A DNA stretch of 64,000 nt from Candidatus Latescibacterota bacterium (GTDB lineage Bacteria > Latescibacterota > UBA2968 > GCA-2709665). The notes under the pieces are model-generated. The model made no database searches and was not told where the DNA came from. It saw nothing but the letters and a program-made list of their open reading frames with translations. Of the stretch, positions 37,330 to 48,106 are shown in pieces (positions within the stretch are counted from its first letter, which is position 1; every line of letters begins with the position of its first letter). The stretch is from NCBI GenBank assembly GCA_965219455.1, contig OZ244744.1:3520001-3584000 (forward strand). Direction: 5' to 3'. The translations under genes were made by a program, and so were the position numbers.

Positions 37330-38274
37330 ATGGGGTTCTGGACCAATAAACGGGTCGCGGTTACCGGCGGCGCCGGTTTCCTGGGCCGGTTTGTGGTGCG
37401 GAAGCTGCGCGAACGGGGTTGCCTTCAGGTATTCGCACCGCGCAGCCGGGACCACGACTTGCGTGAGCAGGAAGCCGTACGGCGCATGTACGAGATCGCG
37501 CGGCCCCACCTGATCATTCACCTGGCCGGTTCCGTTGGCGGCATTGGCGCCAACCAGCGGTATCCAGGCCGTTTTTTTTACGATAATCTGGTGATGGGCG
37601 CCCATCTGCTCGAACAGGCCCGCAGGTTCGAGGTGCCCAAATTCGTGGGAATCGGAACGGTGTGCGCCTATCCGATGTCCACGCCGGTACCCTTCAAGGA
37701 GGAAGACCTCTGGGATGGGTATCCGGAAGAGACAAACGCGCCCTATGGTCTTGCCAAAAAGATGATGCTGGTGCAAAGCCAGGCCTATCGCGCGGAATAC
37801 GGCTACAACGCGATTCATCTGCTGATGTCCAACCTCTACGGACCCGGAGAAAACCTCGATCCGGAGACATCCCATGGACTCGCGTCCATGGTGCGAAAGT
37901 TCGTGGACGCCCGGAATCTGGGACACGACCACGTCATCCTCTGGGGAGACGGCTCGCCGACGCGCGAGTTTCTGTACGTGGAGGACGCGGCAGAAGGCAT
38001 ATTGCTCGCTTCGGAATTGTATGATCTGTCAGAGCCGATCAACCTGGGATCAGGAGAGGAGATCTCAATCCGGGAGCTCGCCGGGAAAATCCGGGACCTT
38101 GCGGGATTCGTCGGCCAGGTTCGTTGGGATCCGAACAAGCCGAACGGACAGCCGAGGCGATGCGTGGATGTAACGCGGGCGAAGCGGCATTTTGGATTTG
38201 AAGCCTCAACATCTCTGGATGAAGGGCTTCGGCGCATGATTTCGTGGTACGAGAAGCAGCCGCGCAGGACGTAG
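37330..38274 (+). CDS. GDP-L-fucose synthase-like epimerase/reductase (Fcl/ColC family)
   Basis: [57 protein letters not shown]. Confidence 0.9.
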   Translation: MGFWTNKRVAVTGGAGFLGRFVVRKLRERGCLQVFAPRSRDHDLREQEAVRRMYEIARPHLIIHLAGSVGGIGANQRYPGRFFYDNLVMGAHLLEQARRFEVPKFVGIGTVCAYPMSTPVPFKEEDLWDGYPEETNAPYGLAKKMMLVQSQAYRAEYGYNAIHLLMSNLYGPGENLDPETSHGLASMVRKFVDARNLGHDHVILWGDGSPTREFLYVEDAAEGILLASELYDLSEPINLGSGEEISIRELAGKIRDLAGFVGQVRWDPNKPNGQPRRCVDVTRAKRHFGFEASTSLDEGLRRMISWYEKQPRRT

Positions 38275-38323
38275 GGGTGCGTAAATAAGAGAGACTAAGC
38301 CACTGTTTGGAGGCGGGCTCGAC

Positions 38324-39532
38324 GTGTTCGAGAATCGTGAAACCCGGGCGCCGGCAATCGGCGTCGGAACGTTGAACATCAGTCCCCGCGCCAGGGCGCT
38401 GGTAAACGAGGTCCTCGACAGCAACCGGCTGTCTTACGGTCCGAAAACGCAGGCGTTTGAGGCCGAATTCGCCCACGCGCACGACTGTCGGTTCGGTGTG
38501 ATGAGCAACAGCGGGACGAGCGCCCTGCTGGTCGCTTTGGTCGCGCTGAAGGAATTGCACGGATGGGACGATGGCGACGAAGTCATTCTGCCAGCGGTGA
38601 CGTTTGCGGGAACGGCAAATGTCGTCTTCCATGGACGGATGCGTCCGGTGCTGGCGGACGTCGATCCAATCCACTACGAGTTGGACCCGGTAAAAGTCGA
38701 GGCCGCGGTCACGTCTCGTACACGGGCGATCATTCCCGTGCATGTATTCGGACAGCCGTGCGACATGGATCCTATTGCTGAGCTTGCCCGGAGGTACGGT
38801 CTCAAGGTCATTGAAGATTCGGCCGAGACCATGTTCGCCAGATACAAGGGTCGCAGCGTCGGAAGTCTCGGCGAAATCGGGTGTTTTTCCACCTATGCGG
38901 CGCACCTGCTGACCACTGGAGTGGGCGGATTGAATACGACCGGCCATCCCGATTATGCGAACAAGCTGAGGTCGCTGATCAACCACGGGCGGGATTCGAC
39001 GTATCTGAATATAGATGACGACGACCGGAAATCGCCGGAAGAACTTCGAAGAATCGTGGCCCGGCGGTTTTCTTTCGTAAATCTCGGCTATAGTTTCCGA
39101 TTAACCGAAATGGAGGCCGCTCTGGGGCTTGCGCAGCTTGAGGTCGCAACTGACATGATCGCCAGCAGGCGGAAAAACGCCGCCTATCTGACCCGAACGT
39201 TGTCCGAATACGAAGCGAATCTGCAGCTTCCGCGAGTTCGCGCGGAATGTGAACACTCGTTCATGATGTATCCGATTGTCCTGAGGGATCGGGAAAAGGA
39301 CGCACTTGTGAATTTCCTGGAACAGAACCGGGTTGAGACGCGGGAGATGCTCCCACTGACCAATCAGCCTCTCTTCCAGCGCCTGCTGGATATCAGCGAG
39401 GCGGATTATCCCGTTGCCGGATGGATCAACAGAAGCGGGTTCTATATCGGTTGCCACCAGGACCTTACGTTAACCGACCTGGATCGTATCGTGGAACTCT
39501 TCGGGCGTTTCTTCAGGGGTGGGCAGGTGTAG
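38324..39532 (+). CDS. DegT-fold PLP enzyme with His in place of the Schiff-base Lys (ColD-like 3-dehydratase)
   Basis: NSGTSAL, EDSAET, FSTYAAHLLTTGVGG; no Cys-rich Fe-S motif. Confidence 0.75.
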   Translation: MFENRETRAPAIGVGTLNISPRARALVNEVLDSNRLSYGPKTQAFEAEFAHAHDCRFGVMSNSGTSALLVALVALKELHGWDDGDEVILPAVTFAGTANVVFHGRMRPVLADVDPIHYELDPVKVEAAVTSRTRAIIPVHVFGQPCDMDPIAELARRYGLKVIEDSAETMFARYKGRSVGSLGEIGCFSTYAAHLLTTGVGGLNTTGHPDYANKLRSLINHGRDSTYLNIDDDDRKSPEELRRIVARRFSFVNLGYSFRLTEMEAALGLAQLEVATDMIASRRKNAAYLTRTLSEYEANLQLPRVRAECEHSFMMYPIVLRDREKDALVNFLEQNRVETREMLPLTNQPLFQRLLDISEADYPVAGWINRSGFYIGCHQDLTLTDLDRIVELFGRFFRGGQV

Positions 39533-39547
39533 CCGCGGGGGTACACT

Positions 39548-40252
39548 ATGGTCACACGTACTATTGTTCTGCTGACGCTGAACGAGGTCGAGGGCGTTCG
39601 ATGGCTGTTCTCAACCGGGCCGAATCTGTCCGGAATGGCCGACGAAGTCCTCGCCGTCGACGGCGGGTCAACGGACGGTACCAGGGAGGTTCTGGCATCC
39701 CATCACATACGGTTGGTGGACCAGCAACGACCCGGGCGGGGCGAGGCGTTTCGGTCAGCGGTTCGTGCGTCGAGCGGAGAGGGCCTGGTTTTTTTCAGCC
39801 CCGACGGGAATGAAGATCCGAACGATATCCCCCGGCTTTTCGCTGCCATCGAAAACGGCGCCGATATGGCGATTGCATCCCGGTTCCTGTCGGGCTCACG
39901 GAACGAGGAGGACGACGAATCTCTGCCGCTGAGAAAATGGACGAACCAGACGTTTACGTGGATCGCCAATCAACTTTGGAATCGGGGATCATACGTGACG
40001 GATACAATCAACGGGTTTCGAGGAATAACGCGGCGAGCATTTCTGAAGCTCAATCCCGGATCGATGGGGTATACGATCGAATACGAGATGACGATTCAGG
40101 CGATGAAGCAACGGATGCGAATCGAGGAGATTCAGACGTGGGAGGGAAACCGGGTAGGAGGGGAATCGAAGGCGCCGTCGTTCCGCACGGGAGTCCGGTT
40201 TCTTCGATACCTGATTCAAGAGATGGCCGCCGGCAACGGCCGTGTAGAATGA
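39548..40252 (+). CDS. GT2 glycosyltransferase, Dpm1/polyprenyl-phosphate type
   Basis: TLNE, VDGGSTDGT, GRGEA, SPDGNEDP, ASRF, DTINGFR, R.GGESK. Confidence 0.85.
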   Translation: MVTRTIVLLTLNEVEGVRWLFSTGPNLSGMADEVLAVDGGSTDGTREVLASHHIRLVDQQRPGRGEAFRSAVRASSGEGLVFFSPDGNEDPNDIPRLFAAIENGADMAIASRFLSGSRNEEDDESLPLRKWTNQTFTWIANQLWNRGSYVTDTINGFRGITRRAFLKLNPGSMGYTIEYEMTIQAMKQRMRIEEIQTWEGNRVGGESKAPSFRTGVRFLRYLIQEMAAGNGRVE

Positions 40253-40374
40253 CGTTTCGGAACGTGGTTCGTTGGGGAAGATCAGCCGCACATGGTCATC
40301 GTTATCGGTATGGAAAATCAGGAATCGGCCCGATTTTCGGGCGCGTTCGACGGCCTCTCGTCGAAATCCGAGGC

Positions 40375-41292
40375 CTATCCTGAGGTGAGTGTCTGCGGCT
40401 CGCCGGCTGGGTCTTTCCCGTTGGTGAGCACGTCGAGGAGTTTCCGGGCGGCGACCGAAAGGCTGCGGCCGCGTTTGCGCAATATGCCCAGGGGTCTCGT
40501 GAGGACGTCGCCCTTGATGGGCAGCACTTTCAAGCTGCCTTCCCTGTTTTCCAGGTCAACCGAGTGTTCGGGAAGGATCGAGATGCCGAGGTCCACTTCC
40601 ACGGCGTCCTTTATGGTATCGATATGATCGAATTCCATGACAATGTTGGGTTGGATACGATGCTTGCGGAAGAATTGGTCGAGCGCGTGGCGGGTGTGGG
40701 TTTCCTGGGAGAAAAGGATCAGTGGATGATCGCCAATCTCGTTGACAGGCATGTATTTACGCGCTGCAAGCGGATTCGAGGGCGGGCATGCCACAACCAT
40801 GTTGTCTTCAGAAAACGGGACTGATTTGATATTGCGGTGAGGTCTGGGGAAGGCGACCACGCCGAAGTCGATCTCGCCGCTGGCGACGTCGTCGTAAATC
40901 CGGGGGGTGTGGTTGTAGTCCAGCCTGAAGTTGACCCTGGGGTAGGCTTTGAGATAGGTCTTGAGATACGGTCCGAGTTCACGCATGCCCACGCTGTAAA
41001 TGGCGGAAAGGCGAACCGTGCCCGAAACGACGCCGTCAAGAGCCTCGACGCGCTGTAACATCTCGTCATAGCGCCTTACAATATCGCCGGCGCCCTTGTA
41101 AAACACCTCCCCCTCTTTGGTTAGGCCGATCTTGCGCTTATGGCGCTCCAGCAGCGGTTTGCCCTGGCGATTTTCAATACTCTTGATTTGCTGGCTGACA
41201 GCCGATTGCGTAACGCCATTCAGGACGGCCGTTTTTGAAAAACTCTGGGTATCGATGAGGTCACAGAAGATTTTCAGGCTCTGGATCAACAC
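40375..41292 (-). CDS. LysR-family transcriptional regulator
   Basis: SFSKTA....TQSAVSQQIKSIE HTH, LTKEG, IKDAVEVDLGISILP; divergent from fumC. Confidence 0.92.
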   Translation of the reverse strand: MLIQSLKIFCDLIDTQSFSKTAVLNGVTQSAVSQQIKSIENRQGKPLLERHKRKIGLTKEGEVFYKGAGDIVRRYDEMLQRVEALDGVVSGTVRLSAIYSVGMRELGPYLKTYLKAYPRVNFRLDYNHTPRIYDDVASGEIDFGVVAFPRPHRNIKSVPFSEDNMVVACPPSNPLAARKYMPVNEIGDHPLILFSQETHTRHALDQFFRKHRIQPNIVMEFDHIDTIKDAVEVDLGISILPEHSVDLENREGSLKVLPIKGDVLTRPLGILRKRGRSLSVAARKLLDVLTNGKDPAGEPQTLTSG

Positions 41293-41592
41293 GTAAGCGC
41301 CTCCTTCGGATATGTTCTATCGGGCGTTTCTTCACGCTGAAACATCGTTCGGAACGAGAAGCCGACAGAGGGGGTTGTCGCGGTGTAGAACACCCTTCCG
41401 GATGCGGTGGTCAATGAGTTTTTAAGATAAGAAAAATTAATTTTAAAAGCAAGATAATAATATGCACCATTATATTTATTGATGTCGGCCCCTGAAGTAC
41501 CGGATATGGTTGTCGGGAATGTTCCGTTTTTGTATCTTGAAATATCCGACACCAGACTCGTATCGACGCGCCATTTGAGAGGAGAAGGAGAG

Positions 41593-42987
41593 ATGGAGGG
41601 ATACAGGATTGAAACGGACAGTATGGGAGAAATTCAGGTTCCGGACGACCGGTATTACGGCGCTCAGACGGCACGGGCGCTGATTCATTTCGATATTGGC
41701 GAGGAACGCATGCCCCGGGAGTTGATCAGAGCGTTTGGCATTCTGAAAAAAGCGGCCGCGCTTGTGAATCGGGAACTGGGAAAACTGTCGTCGGAAAAGG
41801 CCGATCTTATCGTGCAGGCGTCCGACGAAGTCATCGAGGGTAAGCTGAACGACCATTTTCCGCTACGGATCTGGCAGACGGGAAGTGGCACGCAGACGAA
41901 CATGAACGCCAACGAAGTGATATCCAACCGGGCGATCCGGATTGCCGGTGGACGGTTGGGCAGCAAAGATCCGATTCATCCAAACGACCATGTCAATATG
42001 GCGCAGTCTTCAAACGACACGTTTCCCTCGGCAATGCATATAGCGGCCGTAAGCGAGATTCACAGGCGGTTGATTCCAATGGTCAGAAAGCTGCGGGATA
42101 CGCTGGCCGTTAAGGCAGACGATTTTGAGGATATCATCAAAATCGGACGCACTCATCTGATGGACGCCGTTCCACTGACGCTCAGCCAGGAGTTTTCGGG
42201 ATACGTGACTCAATTGACGAAGGGCCTGGAGCGGGTTGAGCGATGCCTGTCGAATCTCAATGAACTCGCGCTTGGCGGCACGGCCGTTGGTACGGGGCTG
42301 AATACGCATCCGGAATTTGCAGATCGGGTTGCCGCGAGGATTGCTGAACTGGCCGGCCATCCGTTTGTTTCGGCGGGCAACAAGTTCGAGTCCCTGGCGG
42401 CGCACGACGCGATGGTGGAAACCAGTGGTGCTCTGAAAACGTTGGCTTGTTCGCTGATGAAAATAGCCAACGACACGCGGTGGCTGGCTTCGGGGCCGCG
42501 CTGCGGCGTTGGCGAGTTGACGCTCCCCGCCAACGAGCCGGGCAGTTCAATCATGCCTGGCAAGGTGAACCCCACCCAGTGCGAAGCGATGACGATGGTG
42601 GCCGCGCAGGTGATCGGGAACGATATGGCGATTGCGGTGGGCGGTTCCTCGGGAAATTTCGAACTGAACGTGTTCAAACCACTGATCGTTTACAATCTGC
42701 TGCAGTCGGTGCGGCTGTTGGCCGATGCCTGTGCGGCGTTCAACGATCACTGCGCGGTGGGCATTGAGCCGAACCGGGAGAATATCCGGAACCACCTGGA
42801 GCGGTCGCTTATGCTCGTCACGGCGCTGAATTCTCAGATTGGATACGACAATGCGGCAAAGGTGGCCAAGAAAGCGTTCGACGAGGATCTGACGCTTCGG
42901 GAATCGGCGGTGGCGCTCGGAATGATGAACGGGGAGGCGTTCGATGAAGCAGTCCGGCCGGAGAGGATGACGGGGCCGGGCGGATAA
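41593..42987 (+). CDS. fumC: class II fumarate hydratase
   Basis: [50 protein letters not shown]. Confidence 0.97.
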   Translation: MEGYRIETDSMGEIQVPDDRYYGAQTARALIHFDIGEERMPRELIRAFGILKKAAALVNRELGKLSSEKADLIVQASDEVIEGKLNDHFPLRIWQTGSGTQTNMNANEVISNRAIRIAGGRLGSKDPIHPNDHVNMAQSSNDTFPSAMHIAAVSEIHRRLIPMVRKLRDTLAVKADDFEDIIKIGRTHLMDAVPLTLSQEFSGYVTQLTKGLERVERCLSNLNELALGGTAVGTGLNTHPEFADRVAARIAELAGHPFVSAGNKFESLAAHDAMVETSGALKTLACSLMKIANDTRWLASGPRCGVGELTLPANEPGSSIMPGKVNPTQCEAMTMVAAQVIGNDMAIAVGGSSGNFELNVFKPLIVYNLLQSVRLLADACAAFNDHCAVGIEPNRENIRNHLERSLMLVTALNSQIGYDNAAKVAKKAFDEDLTLRESAVALGMMNGEAFDEAVRPERMTGPGG

Positions 42988-43046
42988 CGGCCAACGGATG
43001 TCGTGTCCTCTTTATCCGGCGCTATCGGATGTCAGTTTGAGTTCAT

Positions 43047-43083
43047 AAGAAAAGCCCGGCAGAATGCCTGCCGGGCTTTTCTT
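43047..43083. terminator. bidirectional intrinsic terminator
   Basis: AAGAAAAGCCCGGCAG-AATGC-CTGCCGGGCTTTTCTT between convergent genes. Confidence 0.85.
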
Positions 43084-43102
43084 GTTTTCATGAATACGAG
43101 GA

Positions 43103-44425
43103 CTATTGATCGAGATGTCCCGCGATTTTCCGGCACCAGCGGGACGGCCATTCGGTCATGTTGCCGTAGGTTGGGGGCGAGCCGGGACCACGGGGATATC
43201 TTGAGGACATGACCCCTCCGTCGCTGCCGTCCAGGCCAAAAAGGTAGCCGATGAAGTGAACGCGTTCATCTACCTTGATCCGGGTGGCTTTGAAATAAAG
43301 CGCAAGGACGTTGGGAGGGGCGTGGACCCCCGCAACCGCGACCGACTTCTCCTCCGGCGAGGGTTTTTGCCTGACTTCCTGAAAAACGCCGATGTGAAAG
43401 TCCCGGTTACGTTCGGTCTTGGCGATATACGTCTTCAAACTGTCTATGCCCAGGACCCAGGAAATCCAACCCGTAGTCCGGGTTGTGAATCGCGCTTTCG
43501 AAGAGGGAATCGCAACGACGTCAACGCCCATGTCTTCTGTAGCGCCAATGGGTGGGTTGCCGCCGCATTTTTCCTGGATATTGTCCACCCACCAAAGAAT
43601 GGACTCCGTCCACAGATTGCGGTTGACATCGCTGAAACGCTGTTCGTCGGCCCGGTAGAAGCGAAACCGGATGGCGCTCGGGTCCGGTTGCGGCCCGGCG
43701 GCGGGCTCGGGCTCCGACGATACGGGGCGGGCGGGGACGGGGAGGGCCTCCTCCCAGGGCCGGGTGGGCAACGTGTGATCGAGGCCCAGAGCATATACCG
43801 ACGGGATGGTGCGGCCTGAAACTCGCCCCTCGCGTGATTGAATCGATACGATGCCGATGGCGCGACCGGACTCGTCGACCAGCGGTCCTCCGCTGCTTCC
43901 AACGGACACGGCGTCGACCAGGGTATAGACACGTACACCGTCGACGATTTCGACCGGATTCATCTTGCCGCCGACGAGTTCGAATGCTTCCCCCTCAACC
44001 GCCTCGAAAAAATAGGCCTTTTTGACGTGGACCGGGTCCCGGGCGGCCAGTTCAAGCAGCGGCCTGCCGAAGACTTTGACCCGGACCAGCGCCACGTTTC
44101 GTTTTTCGTCTTTGTCGATCAGGCCCGAAACCCCGAACTCCTCGCCGGATTCGAACCTGGCGACAACCTGGACCGCGTCTTCCACAAGATCCCAGGTTGT
44201 AACCGCAATTCGGCTGTCGATGGCGAGAAAGCCCATTCCCCGTACCCGGGAACCGTCTCTTTTTTCGACGTCCAGAACGACAACGGAAGGGCGCACTTGC
44301 CGGTAGACCGTCTCCGAAGCGTTACCCGCCGCATGGGCGGTTGGCGACAGAACCGAAAGCACGATGCACCAGAGCAATATCTTCCATACGGCGGCGGATG
44401 ACGGGTTGAGCGATGCCGGTTTCAT
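43103..44425 (-). CDS. secreted trypsin-like domain protein with degenerate catalytic residues and a C-terminal zincin-like domain
   Basis: signal peptide; VRPSVV, GMGF, GSSGGPL; Pro-rich linker; HFIGYLFGL...GVMS. Confidence 0.65.
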   Translation of the reverse strand: MKPASLNPSSAAVWKILLWCIVLSVLSPTAHAAGNASETVYRQVRPSVVVLDVEKRDGSRVRGMGFLAIDSRIAVTTWDLVEDAVQVVARFESGEEFGVSGLIDKDEKRNVALVRVKVFGRPLLELAARDPVHVKKAYFFEAVEGEAFELVGGKMNPVEIVDGVRVYTLVDAVSVGSSGGPLVDESGRAIGIVSIQSREGRVSGRTIPSVYALGLDHTLPTRPWEEALPVPARPVSSEPEPAAGPQPDPSAIRFRFYRADEQRFSDVNRNLWTESILWWVDNIQEKCGGNPPIGATEDMGVDVVAIPSSKARFTTRTTGWISWVLGIDSLKTYIAKTERNRDFHIGVFQEVRQKPSPEEKSVAVAGVHAPPNVLALYFKATRIKVDERVHFIGYLFGLDGSDGGVMSSRYPRGPGSPPTYGNMTEWPSRWCRKIAGHLDQ

Positions 44426-44494
44426 AGGCGATCTCGATATTCGATACGTCCGGCTTCCCCGGCCTGGAAGATCAGGTTGTCTTCGAACGGAGAT

Positions 44495-44851
44495 TTAAAT
44501 AACCCACAGAACGTACAGTGTAACCGCCGTACCGAGGAGGGCGCCGCCATAGCAGAGGATATCCAGGGAGAACAACAATTTGCGGATGCCCATTTCGTGG
44601 AGCGAGAAACGAATGCGGTGGGCGGCGTGAAAAAGCGGAAGGACCACAAGAGCGAAGACGTAGACTTTGACCAGGGGATTCGCAAGCAGGGATTTCATCC
44701 GGTTAAATTCGAGCAGGCTCTTGTCAATCAGGCCGAGCGGTACGGCCAGCCCGACTAAAAAGATATGGACGGGTATCAGCAGCGCGGCAATCACGCCGCC
44801 CAAGGAGAACATGCCCCACCAGAAGGGTTCGGTCCTATCTTCTTTGTACAC
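44495..44851 (-). CDS. frdD: fumarate reductase subunit D
   Basis: EPFWWGMFSLGG..AAL..P, LPLFHAAHRI; three TM helices; last gene of the frd operon. Confidence 0.85.
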   Translation of the reverse strand: MYKEDRTEPFWWGMFSLGGVIAALLIPVHIFLVGLAVPLGLIDKSLLEFNRMKSLLANPLVKVYVFALVVLPLFHAAHRIRFSLHEMGIRKLLFSLDILCYGGALLGTAVTLYVLWVI

Positions 44852-44868
44852 GGATTCCCCCTACTTTA

Positions 44869-45285
44869 TCATCGGACTGTTAAGGTCAGAAACAGGTAGG
44901 CGACGACGGCCGACGCGACAATCCATGAAAGATAGGCGCCCAGTCCCACGAGAAAGGGTGGTACCGTCAGGCGTCCGACCCGAACGATCTGGATTTTGGA
45001 CACCAGACCCAGCCATGTGATGCTGTGGTAAAGCGCGAACAGCAGGACAATGGCATAAAAAACGACTACGGGTACGGATCGGAGCGATTCCTGAAACAAA
45101 TCGTGAACTTCCGCGCCTTTGGAGATCAGGAAAAGCTGGTACAGGTATAGCAGAACGAACAAGGCGATGAACACACTGGTTGATTCCCTGATCATGAACA
45201 GGAAGTACCGGCGGTTATGCAACCACCAGGTGATCGGTACAGGACGCACATAGGCCTTGTGTTCGGTTTCGTGTTCGCGCATCAT
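44869..45285 (-). CDS. frdC: fumarate reductase subunit C
   Basis: KAYVRPV..TWW...YF.FMIREST, LYHSITW. Confidence 0.85.
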   Translation of the reverse strand: MMREHETEHKAYVRPVPITWWLHNRRYFLFMIRESTSVFIALFVLLYLYQLFLISKGAEVHDLFQESLRSVPVVVFYAIVLLFALYHSITWLGLVSKIQIVRVGRLTVPPFLVGLGAYLSWIVASAVVAYLFLTLTVR

Positions 45286-45286
45286 C

Positions 45287-46036
45287 TCACTTCTTCCCCC
45301 AGGGCAGGAGTACGGATTTGAACCAGCCGCCTGTCGCGGCCACCTTATTCCGTTGGATGGCAACCGCGGGATCCACGTCTTTGGGACAGACCACGGAGCA
45401 CTCGCCAATATAGGTGCATTCCCAGATGCCTTCGCTGCTTGCAATTACATGTTGACGCCGCTCCTGGCCCTCGTCGCGGGAGTCCAGGTTGTACCGATGC
45501 CCCAGGGCAATAGCGGCAGGGCCGATGAACTCGGTTTCAAGCCCGTATACGGGACACGCGGCATAACAGAGCATGCAGTTGATGCACATGCTGAACTGCT
45601 TGTATTCCTTCAGTTGCTCGGGCGTCTGCAGGTGCTCCCCTTCCGATACCGGCTTTTCTTCGTCCCGGATGATCCAGGGCTGCACCGCCTTGAGTTTGTC
45701 CATGAAATCGTCCATATCGATGATCAGGTCTCGGACGATGGGGAAGTTTTGCAGAGGTTCCACCCGGACTTCACCTGGGTAATAGTCGCGCAAAAAGGCG
45801 GCGCACGAGAGCTTGGGCTCACCGTTGACCATCATGCCGCAACTTCCGCAGACGCCCATCCGGCATGACCAGCGGAAGGAGAGCGATCCGTCAATATGGT
45901 CCTTTATATGATTGAGCGCATCCAATACCACCCAGTCTTCTTGAAAGTCGATATCGTAAGACTGTTCGACGGGCTCTTCTTCCTGCTCGGGACGGTAGCG
46001 GGTAACGGTTATGGTGATCTTCTTGCCATTACTCAT
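45287..46036 (-). CDS. frdB: fumarate reductase iron-sulfur subunit
   Basis: [43 protein letters not shown]. Confidence 0.93.
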   Translation of the reverse strand: MSNGKKITITVTRYRPEQEEEPVEQSYDIDFQEDWVVLDALNHIKDHIDGSLSFRWSCRMGVCGSCGMMVNGEPKLSCAAFLRDYYPGEVRVEPLQNFPIVRDLIIDMDDFMDKLKAVQPWIIRDEEKPVSEGEHLQTPEQLKEYKQFSMCINCMLCYAACPVYGLETEFIGPAAIALGHRYNLDSRDEGQERRQHVIASSEGIWECTYIGECSVVCPKDVDPAVAIQRNKVAATGGWFKSVLLPWGKK

Positions 46037-46099
46037 GAAATTCCCCTTGCGGAGGATTCGAAATCCGGGTGTTGGATCTCACGCTCTTGAATCCAGGTT

Positions 46100-47809
46100 T
46101 CAGTATTTGCGTTCTTCGGGCTGCCAGCGGGTGATGGTCACGGGAAGGTAGTCGGTGTGGGGGCCGGCTTCCGTCTTGTAGGTCAACGAGTGTGTTAGAT
46201 ATTTCTCATCGTCTCGGGTTTCGAAGTCCGTGCGGGAATGAGAGCCCCTGGATTCCTTGCGTTGCAGGGCGGCGTGCGCAAGCGCTTCAGCCGCATCCAG
46301 CATGAATCCCAGTTCCAGTGCCGCGGTGAGTTCGGTGTTGAACACACTGGAGGTGTCATCCAGGCCCACGTTTCGGAAGCGTTCCTGGAGTCGCATCAGG
46401 GCTTCGCAGGTTTCTCTTAATGTTTCTTCATCGCGGAAGATACCGGCGCCGCGTTCCATTGCCAGCTGCATCTCGGTACGAATGGTCGCGACGCGTTCCT
46501 TGCCGTTGCGTGGCTGCAGATACGTCCGTTCGATGCGCCGCCGTTCGTCACGGGTGAGGTTTTCGAGCGTGTCGGACGCGGGGGCCGCCTGTTCGTTGGC
46601 GTAATCCACAGCGACTTTGCCCGCGCGCGCGCCGAACACCAGGCATTCCGTCAGGGAATTGGAGCCCAGGCGATTGGCGCCGTTGAGACTGACGCAGGCG
46701 GCTTCGCCGGCGGCGTAAAGGCCCGGAATGGGCGTTGCGCCATTGATATCGGTATGGACGCCACCCATCATGTAGTGGACGACGGGACGGACGGGAATGG
46801 GGTCCCGGACCGGATCGAGCCCCACGTAGTTCCTGGTGAGTTCCCGGACAAAAGGCAACTTTTCGTCGATGACTTTCTCACCCAGGTGTCTCAGGTCCAG
46901 ATGGACGTAGTTGCCGTAGGGTCCGTCGAAGACCCGGCCTGCTCGCATTTCATAGACAAAAGCCCGGGACAGGATATCGCGCGGGCCCAGTTCCATTTTG
47001 CCGGGTATGTATTCGCTCAGGTAGCGCTCGCCCTTGTTGTTTGTCAGATAGCCGCCTTCCCCTCGCGAGGCTTCCGTCATCAGGATTCCCGTACCGGGAA
47101 GGCCGGTGGGATGGTACTGGACGAACTCCATGTCTTTCAATGGACACCCAATGCGGTATGCCAGGGCCATACCGTCGCCGTTCTTGATGGCGGCATTGGT
47201 GGTAAACGGAAAGATTTTGCCGCCCCCCCCGGTGCAGATGATAACGGATTTCGCGCCAATGGCCTGGATGGCGCCCGAGCGCATGTTCAGGGCGGCTACG
47301 CCGCAGACCCTTCCGTCGTCTACAAGAAGAGATGTGACAAACCACTCGTCGTAACGGGTAACCGCATTGTATTTCAGGGAGGTCTGAAACAGGGCGTGCA
47401 ACATGTGGAAGCCGGTTTTGTCCGCCGCGTAAAGCGTGCGCTTTACGCTCATGCCGCCAAAAGCGCGCACACTGACGCGACCGTCCGCGTCTCGACTCCA
47501 GGGGCAGCCCCAGTGTTCCAGTTGTATGGCTTCGTCCTGTGCTTCTTTTACAAAGGCTTCGACGACGTCCTGGTCGGCCAGATAATCACTGCCTCTTATT
47601 GTGTCGAAGGAGTGGAGATCCAGATTGTCGTACTCGCGCATGACGGCCGCCGCGCCGCCCTCGGCCGAGACGGTGTGGCTGCGCATGGGGTAGACTTTGG
47701 AGACGACGGCAACGTTCAGATTGGAATCGGTTTCCGCCGCCGCGATGGCAGCACGCAAGCCCGCCGCGCCGCCCCCTACAAGAAGCACGTCGTGAATCGG
47801 AATGTCCAT
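46100..47809 (-). CDS. frdA: fumarate reductase flavoprotein subunit
   Basis: [20 protein letters not shown] (covalent-FAD His), [31 protein letters not shown]. Confidence 0.95.
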   Translation of the reverse strand: MDIPIHDVLLVGGGAAGLRAAIAAAETDSNLNVAVVSKVYPMRSHTVSAEGGAAAVMREYDNLDLHSFDTIRGSDYLADQDVVEAFVKEAQDEAIQLEHWGCPWSRDADGRVSVRAFGGMSVKRTLYAADKTGFHMLHALFQTSLKYNAVTRYDEWFVTSLLVDDGRVCGVAALNMRSGAIQAIGAKSVIICTGGGGKIFPFTTNAAIKNGDGMALAYRIGCPLKDMEFVQYHPTGLPGTGILMTEASRGEGGYLTNNKGERYLSEYIPGKMELGPRDILSRAFVYEMRAGRVFDGPYGNYVHLDLRHLGEKVIDEKLPFVRELTRNYVGLDPVRDPIPVRPVVHYMMGGVHTDINGATPIPGLYAAGEAACVSLNGANRLGSNSLTECLVFGARAGKVAVDYANEQAAPASDTLENLTRDERRRIERTYLQPRNGKERVATIRTEMQLAMERGAGIFRDEETLRETCEALMRLQERFRNVGLDDTSSVFNTELTAALELGFMLDAAEALAHAALQRKESRGSHSRTDFETRDDEKYLTHSLTYKTEAGPHTDYLPVTITRWQPEERKY

Positions 47810-47865
47810 TTAAGACCCTTACAGGCGCAGGTGGAAGGCGTTCGGTTCCTTCGCAAACTGCACCT

Positions 47866-47894
47866 ATTATAACGATTTATGCAGAATGCGTCAA
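47866..47894 (-). promoter_or_regulatory. sigma70-type promoter of the frd operon
   Basis: TTGACG-17 bp-TATAAT on the minus strand. Confidence 0.7.
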
Positions 47895-48106
47895 TACAAA
47901 ACTGGGCGTATTTCGAGGTGTCTAAGGCGATGGGTCGGGAGGATCGAATCGACAGATTCCGGTCTCTTCGCAACAGGGTCCGGCCGGTTGTGAATTCGGG
48001 ATTCACCGGTTCAGTGGCCAACCGCCGCCAGCGTCTTCGCGCTGAAGCCGGCGCCTGCGCATGTCGGTTGCGCACACAGGGATTCAGGCCCGGTTATCGG
48101 GCATTG

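Noticed and set aside
38324-39532. Ordinary DegT aminotransferase or E1/RfbH dehydrase call
   Set aside because: The catalytic Lys is replaced by His and the Fe-S cysteine motif of E1 is absent
44495-47809. Succinate dehydrogenase sdhCDAB call
   Set aside because: Gene order A-B-C-D, the AEGG flavin motif and FrdC/FrdD-type anchors match fumarate reductase
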